DNA of 64,000 nt from Thermodesulfovibrionales bacterium. Its GTDB lineage: Bacteria > Nitrospirota > Thermodesulfovibrionia > Thermodesulfovibrionales > SM23-35. Location of the stretch: contig CAVQRT010000014.1 of the NCBI GenBank assembly GCA_963715195.1, positions 1 through 64,000 of the forward strand. The letters run 5' to 3'. A program made the translations under genes and the position numbers. Positions 38,563-48,618 of the stretch are shown here, piece after piece (the stretch's first letter is position 1; each line of letters starts with the position of its first letter). Below the pieces are notes generated by a model that worked only from the letters and a program-made list of their open reading frames with translations, had not been told where the DNA came from and did not search any database.

Positions 38563-39167
38563 CGTATTAACCTCCCTATCCTGTTAAACCGGAGCCAGTT
38601 GTCCGGATCCCAAGACCAGTAGATCATCAGCGCCTTCCCCCTGATGTCTTTCCTGTCAACAAAACCCCAATATCTGCTGTCATAACTCTGGTCGCGATTG
38701 TCACCCATCACGAAAAACTTATCTTTTGGAACGACAACAGGTCCGAAGTTGTCCCGCGGATCATTCCCTCCGGGGCGAACAGACCGGTCAAAATGATGAG
38801 CAAAGGGTTCGACAAGCGCTCTCCCGTTCACATACACTATTTTATTCTTCTCCTCGACTACGTCTCCACCGGTAGCGATAACGCGTTTTATAAAGTCCTT
38901 TTTCGGGTTCTCCGGATATTTAAAAACGATGATGTCTCCCTGTTCGGGGCTTCGCCATATCAGAATCTTCTTGTCGGTCAGGGGAATTTTTGTGCCGTAG
39001 ATGAACTTATTTACCAGGATGTGGTCACCGATAAGAAGGGTTGGAATCATCGAACCTGAAGGTATCTTGAATGCCTGTATAATATATGCCCGTATGATCA
39101 GGGCGAGGATGAGGGCGGTAACGATAGCCTCTATGTATTCCCACAAGAGTCCTTTTTTGCTTTTCAA
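38559..39167 (-). CDS. lepB: signal peptidase I
   Basis: IPSGSM.PTL..GD, FIKRVI, MGDNRD.S.DSRYWG. Confidence 0.96.
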   Translation of the reverse strand: MKSKKGLLWEYIEAIVTALILALIIRAYIIQAFKIPSGSMIPTLLIGDHILVNKFIYGTKIPLTDKKILIWRSPEQGDIIVFKYPENPKKDFIKRVIATGGDVVEEKNKIVYVNGRALVEPFAHHFDRSVRPGGNDPRDNFGPVVVPKDKFFVMGDNRDQSYDSRYWGFVDRKDIRGKALMIYWSWDPDNWLRFNRIGRLIR

Positions 39168-39242
39168 TCAGTCTTCCTCCTTTATGTGTTTGCTGTCCCG
39201 CAAGATTACGGGGTATACATTTTGTATTCCATTGGAGCAGTC

Positions 39243-40178
39243 TTACGGAGAACCGTTGGTTGAGCCGAATACCAGCCCTGCAGCCCCGATAATCCCGGCG
39301 TCATCTTTGAGATGCGACGGAATAATCCTTACCCTGTCAAAGAGTTCCCTGAATGCCTTCTTTGAAGCCTCTTTTATTGCTTCCTGGACATAGATGTCCC
39401 ATGCACCTACCAGACCTCCGGCGAGGATGACTGCCTCAGGGCTCATCAGGTTAATCATGGTCGCGATACCGATTCCGAGGTATCTGCCGGCGTTTTTCAG
39501 GAGTTCTCTCGCAAGGTTGTCACCGTCGAACGCCGCCCGATAGATATCTTCCGTTGTGAGTTTGTAGAAATTCCCGCCGCAATACTCCCCCAGGATGCTC
39601 TCTCTGCCTGATTCAAGAGCAGAGCTGGCCCGGGAGAGGATGGCCCTCGCCGAAGCATACAATTCAAGACAGCCATAATTGCCACAGCTGCACTTTTCCC
39701 CGTCTGCGTGAATGCTCATGTGACCGATCTCAGCTGCAATGCGAAGCAATTTTTTGTCATATACTATGCCACCGCCTATTCCTGTCCCGAGGGTTAAAAG
39801 AACGAAATTTCCGAGACCTTTCCCGGCACCGGCCCAGAGCTCACCGAATGCAGCGACATTTGCATCATTCTCAATCAATACCGGTATTCTGAATTTCTCC
39901 TCTGCTGCACGAACGATATCAATGTTTTCCACCGCATGCAGATTCGGAGAAATAACTACTCTCCTCTCCTCCCTGCTGATCAGGCCGGCTACGCCAAGCC
40001 CGATTCCGGCAACTTCTTCGGAAAAGAGTTTCCCGGTTCCATCGAGAATGGTTTCAAGGAGTCCTTCCTGGGTTGGTTCTTTTATTTTTTGTACAATTTC
40101 CCCGTGACGGGAAACAAGGGCAATCCGCAGGTTCGTTCCTCCAAGGTCAATCCCTATTGCATATTTTTTCTCTATCAT
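39243..40178 (-). CDS. ROK-family glucokinase
   Basis: GIDLGGT, ENDANVAA.GE, LGTGIGGG, EIGH..C.CG..GCLE. Confidence 0.92.
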   Translation of the reverse strand: MIEKKYAIGIDLGGTNLRIALVSRHGEIVQKIKEPTQEGLLETILDGTGKLFSEEVAGIGLGVAGLISREERRVVISPNLHAVENIDIVRAAEEKFRIPVLIENDANVAAFGELWAGAGKGLGNFVLLTLGTGIGGGIVYDKKLLRIAAEIGHMSIHADGEKCSCGNYGCLELYASARAILSRASSALESGRESILGEYCGGNFYKLTTEDIYRAAFDGDNLARELLKNAGRYLGIGIATMINLMSPEAVILAGGLVGAWDIYVQEAIKEASKKAFRELFDRVRIIPSHLKDDAGIIGAAGLVFGSTNGSP

Positions 40179-40390
40179 TCTTCTTCCCTGAATACCTCTA
40201 TCGCAATCTCCGGACACATCCGGGCACACATGGCACACCCGGTGCACCGGTCAGGATGTTCAGCTGAAGCCGGGAAAACACCCCTCTTATTGAATCTCTC
40301 ATCAATCACAATGATACCCAAAGGACACGCATCGACACAATATGCACATCCCTTGCACAGTTCCTTATCGATGAGAATCATCCCTTTCAT
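40175..40390 (-). CDS. 2[4Fe-4S] ferredoxin (KorD/VorC-like)
   Basis: CKGCAYCVDACP and CTGCAMCARMCPE. Confidence 0.9.
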   Translation of the reverse strand: MKGMILIDKELCKGCAYCVDACPLGIIVIDERFNKRGVFPASAEHPDRCTGCAMCARMCPEIAIEVFREEE

Positions 40391-40421
40391 TCTTCTTTGT
40401 GTCAGTGGTTATCTAACCCGT

Positions 40422-42065
40422 TTACGCAGCACTTTCGATTAATTCTTTTGCATGTTTCAGGGAGATATCCGTTATTTTACCGCTTAACATGCGGGCTATC
40501 TCATTCAGTCGCTTGCTGCCGGCAAGCTCTTCTACCCTGACGCACATCCGCTCATGGTTCTGCTGTTTATCGACCCTGAGATGGACGTCCCCTTTTGAAG
40601 CTATCTGAGGAAGATGCGTAGTACAGAGCACCTGGTGCTTCCCTGCAAGGTCCCTGAGTTTCTTCCCGACGATTTCTGCTGTCTTGCCTCCGATGCCTGA
40701 ATCAATTTCGTCAAAGATGAGAACCGGCATGCTGTCGAAGTCAGCAAAAACGGTCTTCAGGGCCAGCATGATCCTTGAGAGTTCGCCGCCGGAAGCGATC
40801 TTTGCCAGCGGTTTCGGCGGTTCGCCGGCATTTGCTGAAAACAGAAATTCAATCCTGTCGATGCCGTGGGGAGAAATCTCTTCCCGGCGCATTTCTATGA
40901 GGAATTCCGCACTGCCGAACGCGAGTTCTTTCAGCTCCTTTGAGACGAGTCTTTCCATCCCCAGGGCGGCATCTTTCCTCTTCGCTGAGAGAGCAGCTGC
41001 TGCCTGCACAAGCAATGCTTCTTTCATGATAAGCTCGCTCTCGAGGGCAGCTTTCTGCTCATCAACACTCTCGAGGGCATTCATTTCTGCATCGGCATTG
41101 TCTCTGTACCGGTGAATCGCTTCAGTGCCCTCTCCATATTTTTTCCCGAGCTTTCGGATTAACGCCAACCGCTCCTCGATACTGTCGAGACTTCCGGGTT
41201 CAAATTCATATCTTCCTTTGTATCCCCTGAGGGAAACCGCGGCATCATCAAGCAGGGGCGAAGCCGATTCGAGGACGCTCTGCACTTCGGATGCGTGATG
41301 ATCTATTTCAGCCATCTCCCGGAGCTTCTTCAGCAGCGCTGAAAGCTTCGCAACGCAGGAGTCATCTGCAGCGTACAGGAGCTCATAGGCTGAGTCGGAA
41401 AGCTCTTTCAGCCTGCCAAGATTGGAGACGATCGTCTTTTGTTCGCTGAGATACTCATATTCACCAGCCTTGAGAGCAGCGGAATCGATCTCATGAATCT
41501 GAAATTTCAGCATGTCAATTCTGTCAGCACGCTCCTGAATCCTCTCCTGTAATCCGGCAACTTCCTTTCTCAACCCCTCAACTTCCCGGTAAAGCCTTTC
41601 AATACCAGCCTGTTCTTCCCGAAGCCTGCCGAAGAGGTCAAGAAACGCTCTCTGCTTATCAACGGACAAAAGACTCTGATGCTCGTGCTGCCCGTGAATA
41701 TCAACAAGGGTTTTCCCAATTTCTGCCAGGCTTTGGGTGCTCACCATGGTATCGTTTATGTACGCCCTGCTCTTGCCCGAAGCAAAAATTGTTCTCCTGA
41801 GAATGAGGCCTTCGGTCATGTCGACCCCGATGTCCGGGAGATTCCGAACCCCTTCAGGCTCAAAGTATGCCTGGACATGCGCTTCTTTTTCTCCTGATCG
41901 CATGAAATCGGACTGTATCCTGCTGCCGAGGGCAAGCCCAAGGGAATCGACGATAATTGATTTCCCTGCGCCGGTCTCACCGGTCAGTACATTGAATCCT
42001 CTGCCAAACGTGACTTTCAGGTCATCGATAATCGCGAGATTCTTTATCCTGAGTTCCTTTAACAT
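40422..42065 (-). CDS. recN: DNA repair protein RecN
   Basis: TGETGAGKS, HGQHEH, ASGGELSR, FDEIDSGIGG, THLPQIA. Confidence 0.96.
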   Translation of the reverse strand: MLKELRIKNLAIIDDLKVTFGRGFNVLTGETGAGKSIIVDSLGLALGSRIQSDFMRSGEKEAHVQAYFEPEGVRNLPDIGVDMTEGLILRRTIFASGKSRAYINDTMVSTQSLAEIGKTLVDIHGQHEHQSLLSVDKQRAFLDLFGRLREEQAGIERLYREVEGLRKEVAGLQERIQERADRIDMLKFQIHEIDSAALKAGEYEYLSEQKTIVSNLGRLKELSDSAYELLYAADDSCVAKLSALLKKLREMAEIDHHASEVQSVLESASPLLDDAAVSLRGYKGRYEFEPGSLDSIEERLALIRKLGKKYGEGTEAIHRYRDNADAEMNALESVDEQKAALESELIMKEALLVQAAAALSAKRKDAALGMERLVSKELKELAFGSAEFLIEMRREEISPHGIDRIEFLFSANAGEPPKPLAKIASGGELSRIMLALKTVFADFDSMPVLIFDEIDSGIGGKTAEIVGKKLRDLAGKHQVLCTTHLPQIASKGDVHLRVDKQQNHERMCVRVEELAGSKRLNEIARMLSGKITDISLKHAKELIESAA

Positions 42066-42162
42066 TCATTTCTTTCTCCAGATAACTGCCTATGAATCAA
42101 AAAAATACAATGACTTATTCAGAGGGAATGAAGATCATTGGGAAATAGGTTGCCATCTATTA

Positions 42163-42441
42163 TCAGTACCGGATACTGAAGCCGGTCTCCTCACCCGTAT
42201 AGGACTCCCATTTCACATCGATGTTGGAAACCCGTGCTCCCGGAGGTCCTGCATGGCATTGCTGAATTGCCTGCTGAATCAGCTTTTTCTGGCCCTCGAA
42301 AACAGCCTCGACCCTTCCGTCTCTGAGATTTTTTACCCAGCCGTTCAATCCCAGGGCATGCGCCACCTCTCTGGTAAAGCCCCTGTAAAAAACACCCTGC
42401 ACCCTTCCATCAATAAACAGATGAGCCTTTGCCTCTTCCAT
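42163..42441 (-). CDS. acyP: acylphosphatase
   Basis: GRVQGVFYR, GWVKNL.DGRVE, GPPGARV. Confidence 0.93.
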   Translation of the reverse strand: MEEAKAHLFIDGRVQGVFYRGFTREVAHALGLNGWVKNLRDGRVEAVFEGQKKLIQQAIQQCHAGPPGARVSNIDVKWESYTGEETGFSIRY

Positions 42442-42471
42442 ATCGTGAAATTATAGCATAATTTTGAAGTG

Positions 42472-43233
42472 TTACTCTCCAAGGTAAGCCCTCCGTACCT
42501 GCTCATCGCTCAGGAGATCGTTACTGGTTCCTTCAAGGGCGACCCGGCCGCTTTCAAGGACATAGCCCCTGTCCGAAAGCTTCATAGCAGCACGTGCATT
42601 CTGCTCAACGAGGAGTACCGTGACTCCCTCGCGGTTAATTTCCCTGATGATCTTGAAAATCCTGCCTGCGACGATCGGGGCGAGTCCGAGAGACGGTTCA
42701 TCAAGGAGCAGAAGTTTTGGCCTGGACATGAGAGCCCTGCCTATGGCGAGCATCTGCTGTTCACCACCACTCAGAGTTCCCCCTAACTGCTTCTGTCTGT
42801 CTTTGAGTACAGGGAACAGTTCATAGATTTTTTCACATTGGGATTTCGGGAGCTGATGGTTCGTTCCTGGTTCCCTGAAACCTGATAACCGTCCTCTGCT
42901 CAGGGAATACGCTCCCATCTCAAGATTCTCTTTTACCGTGAGCTTCGGGAAAATCCTCCTTCCTTCTGGAACCTGACTGATACCCATTTTGACGATGTCG
43001 TGCGGAGGAATTCCGGCAATGCTTCTCTCTTTGAAAACAATGTTCCCGGAACGGGGTTTCAGAACGCCGGATATCGTCATGAGAGCGGTGGATTTCCCGG
43101 CCCCGTTGTTCCCGATGATGCAGACAATTTCACCCTCTCCGATCTCGATATTCACCCCTTTTAAGGCTTCAACCTGGCCGTAGAATGTGTGGATATGTTC
43201 AAGCTTCAGCAAGTCTGGCGCCCCCTTAGTCAA
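42472..43233 (-). CDS. livF: branched-chain amino acid ABC transporter ATPase
   Basis: GNNGAGKST, VPEGRRIF, LSGGEQQMLAIGRALM, LDEPSLGLAP. Confidence 0.93.
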   Translation of the reverse strand: MTKGAPDLLKLEHIHTFYGQVEALKGVNIEIGEGEIVCIIGNNGAGKSTALMTISGVLKPRSGNIVFKERSIAGIPPHDIVKMGISQVPEGRRIFPKLTVKENLEMGAYSLSRGRLSGFREPGTNHQLPKSQCEKIYELFPVLKDRQKQLGGTLSGGEQQMLAIGRALMSRPKLLLLDEPSLGLAPIVAGRIFKIIREINREGVTVLLVEQNARAAMKLSDRGYVLESGRVALEGTSNDLLSDEQVRRAYLGE

Positions 43234-43991
43234 TGTTCCTTCCCGAGATATGCCTCGATAACAACCGGATCTCTCCGAATATCGCCAGGAAGACCCTCTG
43301 CGATCTTAACCCCATGATTCAGAACGGCAATCCAGTCGGAAATCCCCATGACAACTTTCATGTCATGCTCGATAAGGAGGACGGTTTTGCCGAGTCTTTT
43401 TATGTCTGATATCAGATGCATGACTTCAGCGGTTTCCTGTGGGTTCATCCCGGCGGCAGGTTCGTCGAGTAAGAGCAATACCGGGTCTGTAGCCAGAGCT
43501 CTCGCTATCTCGAGCCTTCTCTGGGCACCGTACGGGAGACTCCCCGAAATGCCGTGGACATGATCTGCCAACCCGACAAACGAAAGGTATTCAAACGCCT
43601 TTTCTCTCACCTCACGCTCTTCGCTTTGAAATTTCTTCCATCTGGTGATCGCACCCAATAATCCTGACCGGGTTCTGGCATGCTGGGCTACCATGACATT
43701 TTCCAGAACTGACATTTCTTTGAAGAGCCTGATGTTCTGGAAAGTCCTTGATATCCCCTGTCTGACAATTTCATGAGGTGCATAAGAAGTGATCTCACGG
43801 TCAGAAAAACGGACATGTCCTTTGGTGGGGCGGGACAGCCCGGTCAGGCAATTGAATATGGTTGTTTTGCCTGCCCCATTCGGACCGATGACGCTCATGA
43901 TAATGCCGCCTTTCACCCTGAGGTCGAGTTCTTCGACGGCTTTGATGCCGCCGAAATACATTGACAGCCCTCTAACTTCTAACAGATACAC
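43230..43991 (-). CDS. livG: branched-chain amino acid ABC transporter ATPase
   Basis: GPNGAGKTT, RTFQNIRLF, LPYG.QRRLEIARAL, LDEPAAGMN; GTG start after GGAGG. Confidence 0.93.
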   Translation of the reverse strand: MYLLEVRGLSMYFGGIKAVEELDLRVKGGIIMSVIGPNGAGKTTIFNCLTGLSRPTKGHVRFSDREITSYAPHEIVRQGISRTFQNIRLFKEMSVLENVMVAQHARTRSGLLGAITRWKKFQSEEREVREKAFEYLSFVGLADHVHGISGSLPYGAQRRLEIARALATDPVLLLLDEPAAGMNPQETAEVMHLISDIKRLGKTVLLIEHDMKVVMGISDWIAVLNHGVKIAEGLPGDIRRDPVVIEAYLGKEH

Positions 43992-45159
43992 CCCTGCCTC
44001 CAAACAAACCTTGGGGTCTGAATACCATGAGAAGGACGAGACCGGCACCAAGCGCGAGCATCCGGTAGAGCTGAATTTCCCTCAGCATTTCGGGCAATAA
44101 AACAAGAATGAACGCACCAAGGACAACTCCCCGGATGCTGCCGAGCCCTCCGAGGATGACCATGCAGAGTATCAGGACTGATTCCATAAAGGTGAAGCTT
44201 TCCGGTGATACAAATCTCATCTTCGCCGCAAACACGGTTCCGGCAAGACCAGCCCAGAAGGCACCAAATGCGAATGCATAGAGTTTATAAACGGTGATAT
44301 TGATGCCCATCATGGAGGACGCTATTTCATCTTCCCTTATTGCTACCCATGCCCTCCCGATTCTGGATGCGTAAACTCTCTTCGTGACGAAAAAAGTCAG
44401 AAGGACAAAGAACAGGACCAGATAATAAAAATACGATAATGTCTCCAACGACAGGGAGAGGATTTCCGGTACAGAAATTCCTGAAATGCCGTTCGGTCCT
44501 TTGGTGAGGCTATCCCAGTTGTTGAGGATGAGCCTCGTTATTTCTCCGAACCCAAGCGTTACGATCGCGAGATAATCCCCCCGTAACCGCAAAGCCGGAA
44601 CAGCAAGGAGAAAGCCGGCGATGGTTGAAAGCCCCACAGAAACGGGCAAAGCGGTCCAGAAACCGAGGCCGAATTTTGTATTCAGGAGGGCATAGGAATA
44701 CGCACCGATAGCATAGAAGGCTACAAAACCGAGGTTCAGAAGACCTGCAAAGCCTACCACAATGTTCAACCCAAGCGCGAGGATAATGTAGATGCCGACA
44801 AGCACGGTGATGTCGAGAAAGTAGTCCTCCAGAATGAGCGGCATGGCGAACAGGCAAAGCAGGCTCATGTATCGAATCGCGAAAATACTCTTGCGGGAGA
44901 AAAGGGCTCCTTCACTTAATCGACGGCCGAATATTCTTGCGGAGGATGCCAGGGTATTTTTGTACCGGGCGAGAAAACGCCATGAAAGGAGAACGGCTGA
45001 AACAATTACGAAGAAAAGAACTGCGGCCTTTATCCCTTTGAAGGGAAGAAAAAGGAAAGACAGCCATAAGGCAATGACAAGGGGTTTGAAAACCCTTCCG
45101 GTTTCCCCGGTGCGAAACGGTGGTAAAGCGGGATTATCATCCGTATATCTCTTAAGCAT
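43972..45159 (-). CDS. livM: branched-chain amino acid ABC transporter permease
   Basis: LGLNIVVGFAGLL.LG, LRLRGDYLAIVTLGFGEI, AIREDE. Confidence 0.92.
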   Translation of the reverse strand: MLKRYTDDNPALPPFRTGETGRVFKPLVIALWLSFLFLPFKGIKAAVLFFVIVSAVLLSWRFLARYKNTLASSARIFGRRLSEGALFSRKSIFAIRYMSLLCLFAMPLILEDYFLDITVLVGIYIILALGLNIVVGFAGLLNLGFVAFYAIGAYSYALLNTKFGLGFWTALPVSVGLSTIAGFLLAVPALRLRGDYLAIVTLGFGEITRLILNNWDSLTKGPNGISGISVPEILSLSLETLSYFYYLVLFFVLLTFFVTKRVYASRIGRAWVAIREDEIASSMMGINITVYKLYAFAFGAFWAGLAGTVFAAKMRFVSPESFTFMESVLILCMVILGGLGSIRGVVLGAFILVLLPEMLREIQLYRMLALGAGLVLLMVFRPQGLFGGRGVSVRS

Positions 45160-45200
45160 ATCCGTGTGGTTGAAACAGGCATACTCTTTTAATCATACAT

Positions 45201-46103
45201 TCAGACTTTTTCCAGTTCCGCTTTTCCGAAGAGGCCTCCCGGTTTTATGAGAAGGATGACGATCAGGATGATGAACGCGTAAGCGTCTTTATACTCACCG
45301 GAAATATAGCTGCCGCCCAGGCTCTCGACAAGGCCCAGCAGAATTCCGCCCACCATGGCTCCCCTGATGCTGCCTATCCCGCCGAGGACAGCAGCGGTGA
45401 ATGCTTTAATGCCTGCGATATAGCCGATGAAATAGTTGACCAGTCCGTAGTACATGGCGACCATTAACCCCGCAACGGCCGCAAGCCCTGAGCCGATGAT
45501 AAAGGTGACTGAAATGACGGTGTCGATGTTTATGCCCAAAAGAGCGGCCATTGTCTTATCCTGTGCTACTGCCCTCATTGCCGTTCCTATCCTTGTTTTT
45601 CTCACAAAGAAACGGAGAATGATCATTAAAATGACTGATGTGAGGATTATGAAAAGCTGCAAAAAGGTCATTCTCACCGACAGGAACTGGAAACCGGAGG
45701 CCCCGAATATATGGGGGAAAACCTTATCCGTTGCCCCCTGGGTGAGCATGACATAATTTTGGAGAAATATGGATACACCGATTGCACTGATAAGCGGACT
45801 GAGCCTGGAGGCGTTTCTGAGTGGTTTATACGCTATTTTTTCTACGGTAAAACCATAGCTTGAACAGACGATAACCGAGAGGATGATGGTGAGCAGCAAC
45901 GACAGCGGCAGATTCCAGGCTGTAAGACCGATGGCAGTAAAAAAGGACAGGAATATTATGCCGAGGTAGGCGCCAAGCATGTAAATCTCGCCGTGGGCAA
46001 AATTAATGAGTTCTAGGATTCCGTATACCATTGTATACCCGAGAGCAATAAGGGCATAGACACTGCCGAGAGTAAGGCCATTTATTAACTGCTGGAGAAA
46101 CAT
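45201..46103 (-). CDS. livH: branched-chain amino acid ABC transporter permease
   Basis: QQLINGLTLGS.YALIALGYTMVYGI..INFAHGE, KAFTAAVLGGIG. Confidence 0.94.
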   Translation of the reverse strand: MFLQQLINGLTLGSVYALIALGYTMVYGILELINFAHGEIYMLGAYLGIIFLSFFTAIGLTAWNLPLSLLLTIILSVIVCSSYGFTVEKIAYKPLRNASRLSPLISAIGVSIFLQNYVMLTQGATDKVFPHIFGASGFQFLSVRMTFLQLFIILTSVILMIILRFFVRKTRIGTAMRAVAQDKTMAALLGINIDTVISVTFIIGSGLAAVAGLMVAMYYGLVNYFIGYIAGIKAFTAAVLGGIGSIRGAMVGGILLGLVESLGGSYISGEYKDAYAFIILIVILLIKPGGLFGKAELEKV

Positions 46104-46248
46104 GAGGCATTTTAACAGAAAAAATTCCGGAGAGCAAAAAAGAAGCCCGTTTCGGAAGAGAACTATCCCTGCAAAATTACCCTTGAAATAAAATTAAGCA
46201 TTTGCTAACATAAATAAAACATGCCTTTTCAGGAAAGGAGGTGAAACA

Positions 46249-46611
46249 ATGCGAAAAATCATGGGGATTGTTATGGCATTCGTCCTTGTACTCTCTTTTT
46301 CGGGACTCGCTCCTGCAATTGATGATAAGCCTTCCGGTAACAAAACGCGGGTAAAAGCGAAACAGATCACGGGAGAAGTTACCGAAATCGATGTGAAAGC
46401 CCAAACGGTGAGTGTTCGGGGAAAGAACGGCACTGTCTCTGTCGGACTAACCGATAAGACAAAGGTTACAATGAATAAAGAACCCAAAACCCTCTCGGAT
46501 GTTCAGATTGGGGATCGAGTAACAGTAAAGTACAAGGATGCCGATGGCAGGCAGACGGCAAAAAGCATCGAGATCAAGTCAGCGTCCAAAAAACCGAACC
46601 TTCCGACGTAG
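46249..46611 (+). CDS. small exported OB-fold-like protein (DUF5666-like)
   Basis: SD AAAGGAGGTG, signal peptide, GEVTEID...LSDVQIGDRVTVKY. Confidence 0.75.
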   Translation: MRKIMGIVMAFVLVLSFSGLAPAIDDKPSGNKTRVKAKQITGEVTEIDVKAQTVSVRGKNGTVSVGLTDKTKVTMNKEPKTLSDVQIGDRVTVKYKDADGRQTAKSIEIKSASKKPNLPT

Positions 46612-46905
46612 CGGTTGGGAAATCATCCATGGATCAATGGGCACTCAGGGCTCTGCGTGCCCATTGAATCTGTATGCTCATCAACAAGAGCATCGTGAAA
46701 AAGCCGTATATTGTTCGATTGGACTTATCGTTATCCATCCCAGGTAAAGTACTCACAATGTCCCTCAGGAACTTTTTTCTGAACCTATCCTTAAATAAAA
46801 AACTGATCGGAATGTTGCTCTCCCTCATTAAAGGCCCGATCCATTAGGGCGCCTTCCTGCCCCTTTTCCTGTATAATAGTCCATTCATAATGACGGGAGG
46901 GTGTC

Positions 46906-48078
46906 TTGAAGAAAAAAATTTCGGTTGAGCTCGCTTCGAGAGTAAAACATCTGCCGCCTTATCTTTTCGCTTCTATTGATAAAATGAAGCAGCAGGCTTT
47001 ACGAAAGGGGACGGATCTCATCGACCTGAGCATCGGCGATCCGGACATCCCGACTCCTTCACAAATCGTGCAGGCGATGAAGAAGGCTGTAGAAGACCCC
47101 CTGCATCACCGCTATCCTTCCTATGAAGGCATGCTCTCTTTCCGGCAGGCTGTTGCCAAATGGTATACGAGAAGATTTCATGTGAATATTGATCCCGGGA
47201 AAGAGGTATTGTCACTCATCGGATCAAAGGAAGGTATCGGCCATATCCCTCTGGCATTTGTCAATCCCGGCGATACGGTGCTCGTTCCGTCCCCGGGATA
47301 TCCTGTCTATCCTGTCGGGACGCTCTTTGCCGGCGGGACGAGTTATTTTATGCCGCTCAGAGAGGAAAATAAATTCTTGCCGGATATTGACCGGATACCG
47401 AAAAATATTCTCAAGAAAGCAAAACTTATCTTTCTGAATTATCCGAACAATCCGACTTCGGCTGCGGCGCCCCCTGATTTTTTCAAGGAGGTGATCAGGA
47501 TTGCGCTTCAATATAACATCATCGTCTGCCACGATGCTTCATATACAGAAATTTATTACGATGAAAAACCGCTCAGCTTCATGCAGATACCGGGGGCGAA
47601 AGACGTGGGTATCGAATTCCACTCACTTTCCAAGACATACAACATGACAGGGTGGAGGATAGGTTTTGCTGTCGGCAATCGGGAAATACTCGGCGGTCTC
47701 GGGAAGATCAAGACAAACCTTGATTCCGGGGTATTCCAGGCTATTCAGGAGGCTGGTATCAGAGCGCTCGCGATGAGCCAGGAGGCCCTTGCTCCGATCA
47801 GAAAGACCTATCAGGAGAGGCTCAATATTCTCTATAATGGCTTGACCAGGCTTGGTATGCAGCTCACGAAACCGAAAGCGACATTCTATCTCTGGGTAAA
47901 AGTGCCTCCCCGCTTCACGTCCATGCGATTTGCAGCGCACCTTCTCGACAAGGCGGGGGTTCTTGCAACGCCGGGGAACGGATTTGGGGATGCGGGAGAG
48001 GGGTACATTCGGTTTGCATTGACTGCTCCGTCTCGCAGAATCAGGGAGGCGGTTGAAAGGATCAGCAGGATCCTCTGA
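46906..48078 (+). CDS. dapL: LL-diaminopimelate aminotransferase
   Basis: LPPYLF, IGDPD, GSKEGIGH, NYPNNPT, EFHSLSKTYNMTGWRIG. Confidence 0.88.
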   Translation: MKKKISVELASRVKHLPPYLFASIDKMKQQALRKGTDLIDLSIGDPDIPTPSQIVQAMKKAVEDPLHHRYPSYEGMLSFRQAVAKWYTRRFHVNIDPGKEVLSLIGSKEGIGHIPLAFVNPGDTVLVPSPGYPVYPVGTLFAGGTSYFMPLREENKFLPDIDRIPKNILKKAKLIFLNYPNNPTSAAAPPDFFKEVIRIALQYNIIVCHDASYTEIYYDEKPLSFMQIPGAKDVGIEFHSLSKTYNMTGWRIGFAVGNREILGGLGKIKTNLDSGVFQAIQEAGIRALAMSQEALAPIRKTYQERLNILYNGLTRLGMQLTKPKATFYLWVKVPPRFTSMRFAAHLLDKAGVLATPGNGFGDAGEGYIRFALTAPSRRIREAVERISRIL

Positions 48079-48126
48079 TCCTGACCAGTCCCCTGTGATC
48101 ATCTGAGATACTTTTTTTGATGTAAA

Positions 48127-48618
48127 ATGGCAATTGTATACCTCAGTCTCGGGTCGAATCTCGGGGACCGGAAGAAAAATCTCGACAAGGCTATAGAACT
48201 CCTGAAGGAGCGGGGGATTTTTGTAAAAAAAAGATCTTCTCTCTACGAAACGGAACCATGGGGAAAGAGTAATCAGCCACTGTTTCTCAATATGGCGTTG
48301 GAAATAGAGACAGTACTCGAGCCCCAGGCCCTTTTAAACACACTGCAGAATGTGGAGGCCGAAGCAGGAAGGAAGAAATCTTATAAATGGGGTCCCCGCA
48401 TCATAGATCTTGACATTCTTCTCTATAACCATATCATATTAAATGAAGATGCTTTGAAGATCCCCCATCCTTTTATGCACGAGAGGGAGTATGTTTTGAA
48501 ACCATTAGATGAGATTGCACCGGATGTCCTGCATCCTGTGCTGCACGTGCGCATCCATGAACTCTTTGTCCGATTGGGCTGGCAGTCAACGATGAACCAT
48601 GGAATATCTGAATATTGA
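48127..48618 (+). CDS. folK: 2-amino-4-hydroxy-6-hydroxymethyldihydropteridine diphosphokinase
   Basis: LSLGSNLGDR, YETEPWG, WGPRIIDLDIL, IPHP. Confidence 0.95.
   Translation: MAIVYLSLGSNLGDRKKNLDKAIELLKERGIFVKKRSSLYETEPWGKSNQPLFLNMALEIETVLEPQALLNTLQNVEAEAGRKKSYKWGPRIIDLDILLYNHIILNEDALKIPHPFMHEREYVLKPLDEIAPDVLHPVLHVRIHELFVRLGWQSTMNHGISEY

Noticed and set aside
35696..38600. FMN riboswitch for the rib genes
   Set aside because: The rib genes are embedded in a longer operon, with no leader space or RFN consensus
46757..46847. Short ORF MSLRNFFLNLSLNKKLIGMLLSL resembling a sensor-protein N-terminus
   Set aside because: Only about 29 codons with no continuation; too little to call
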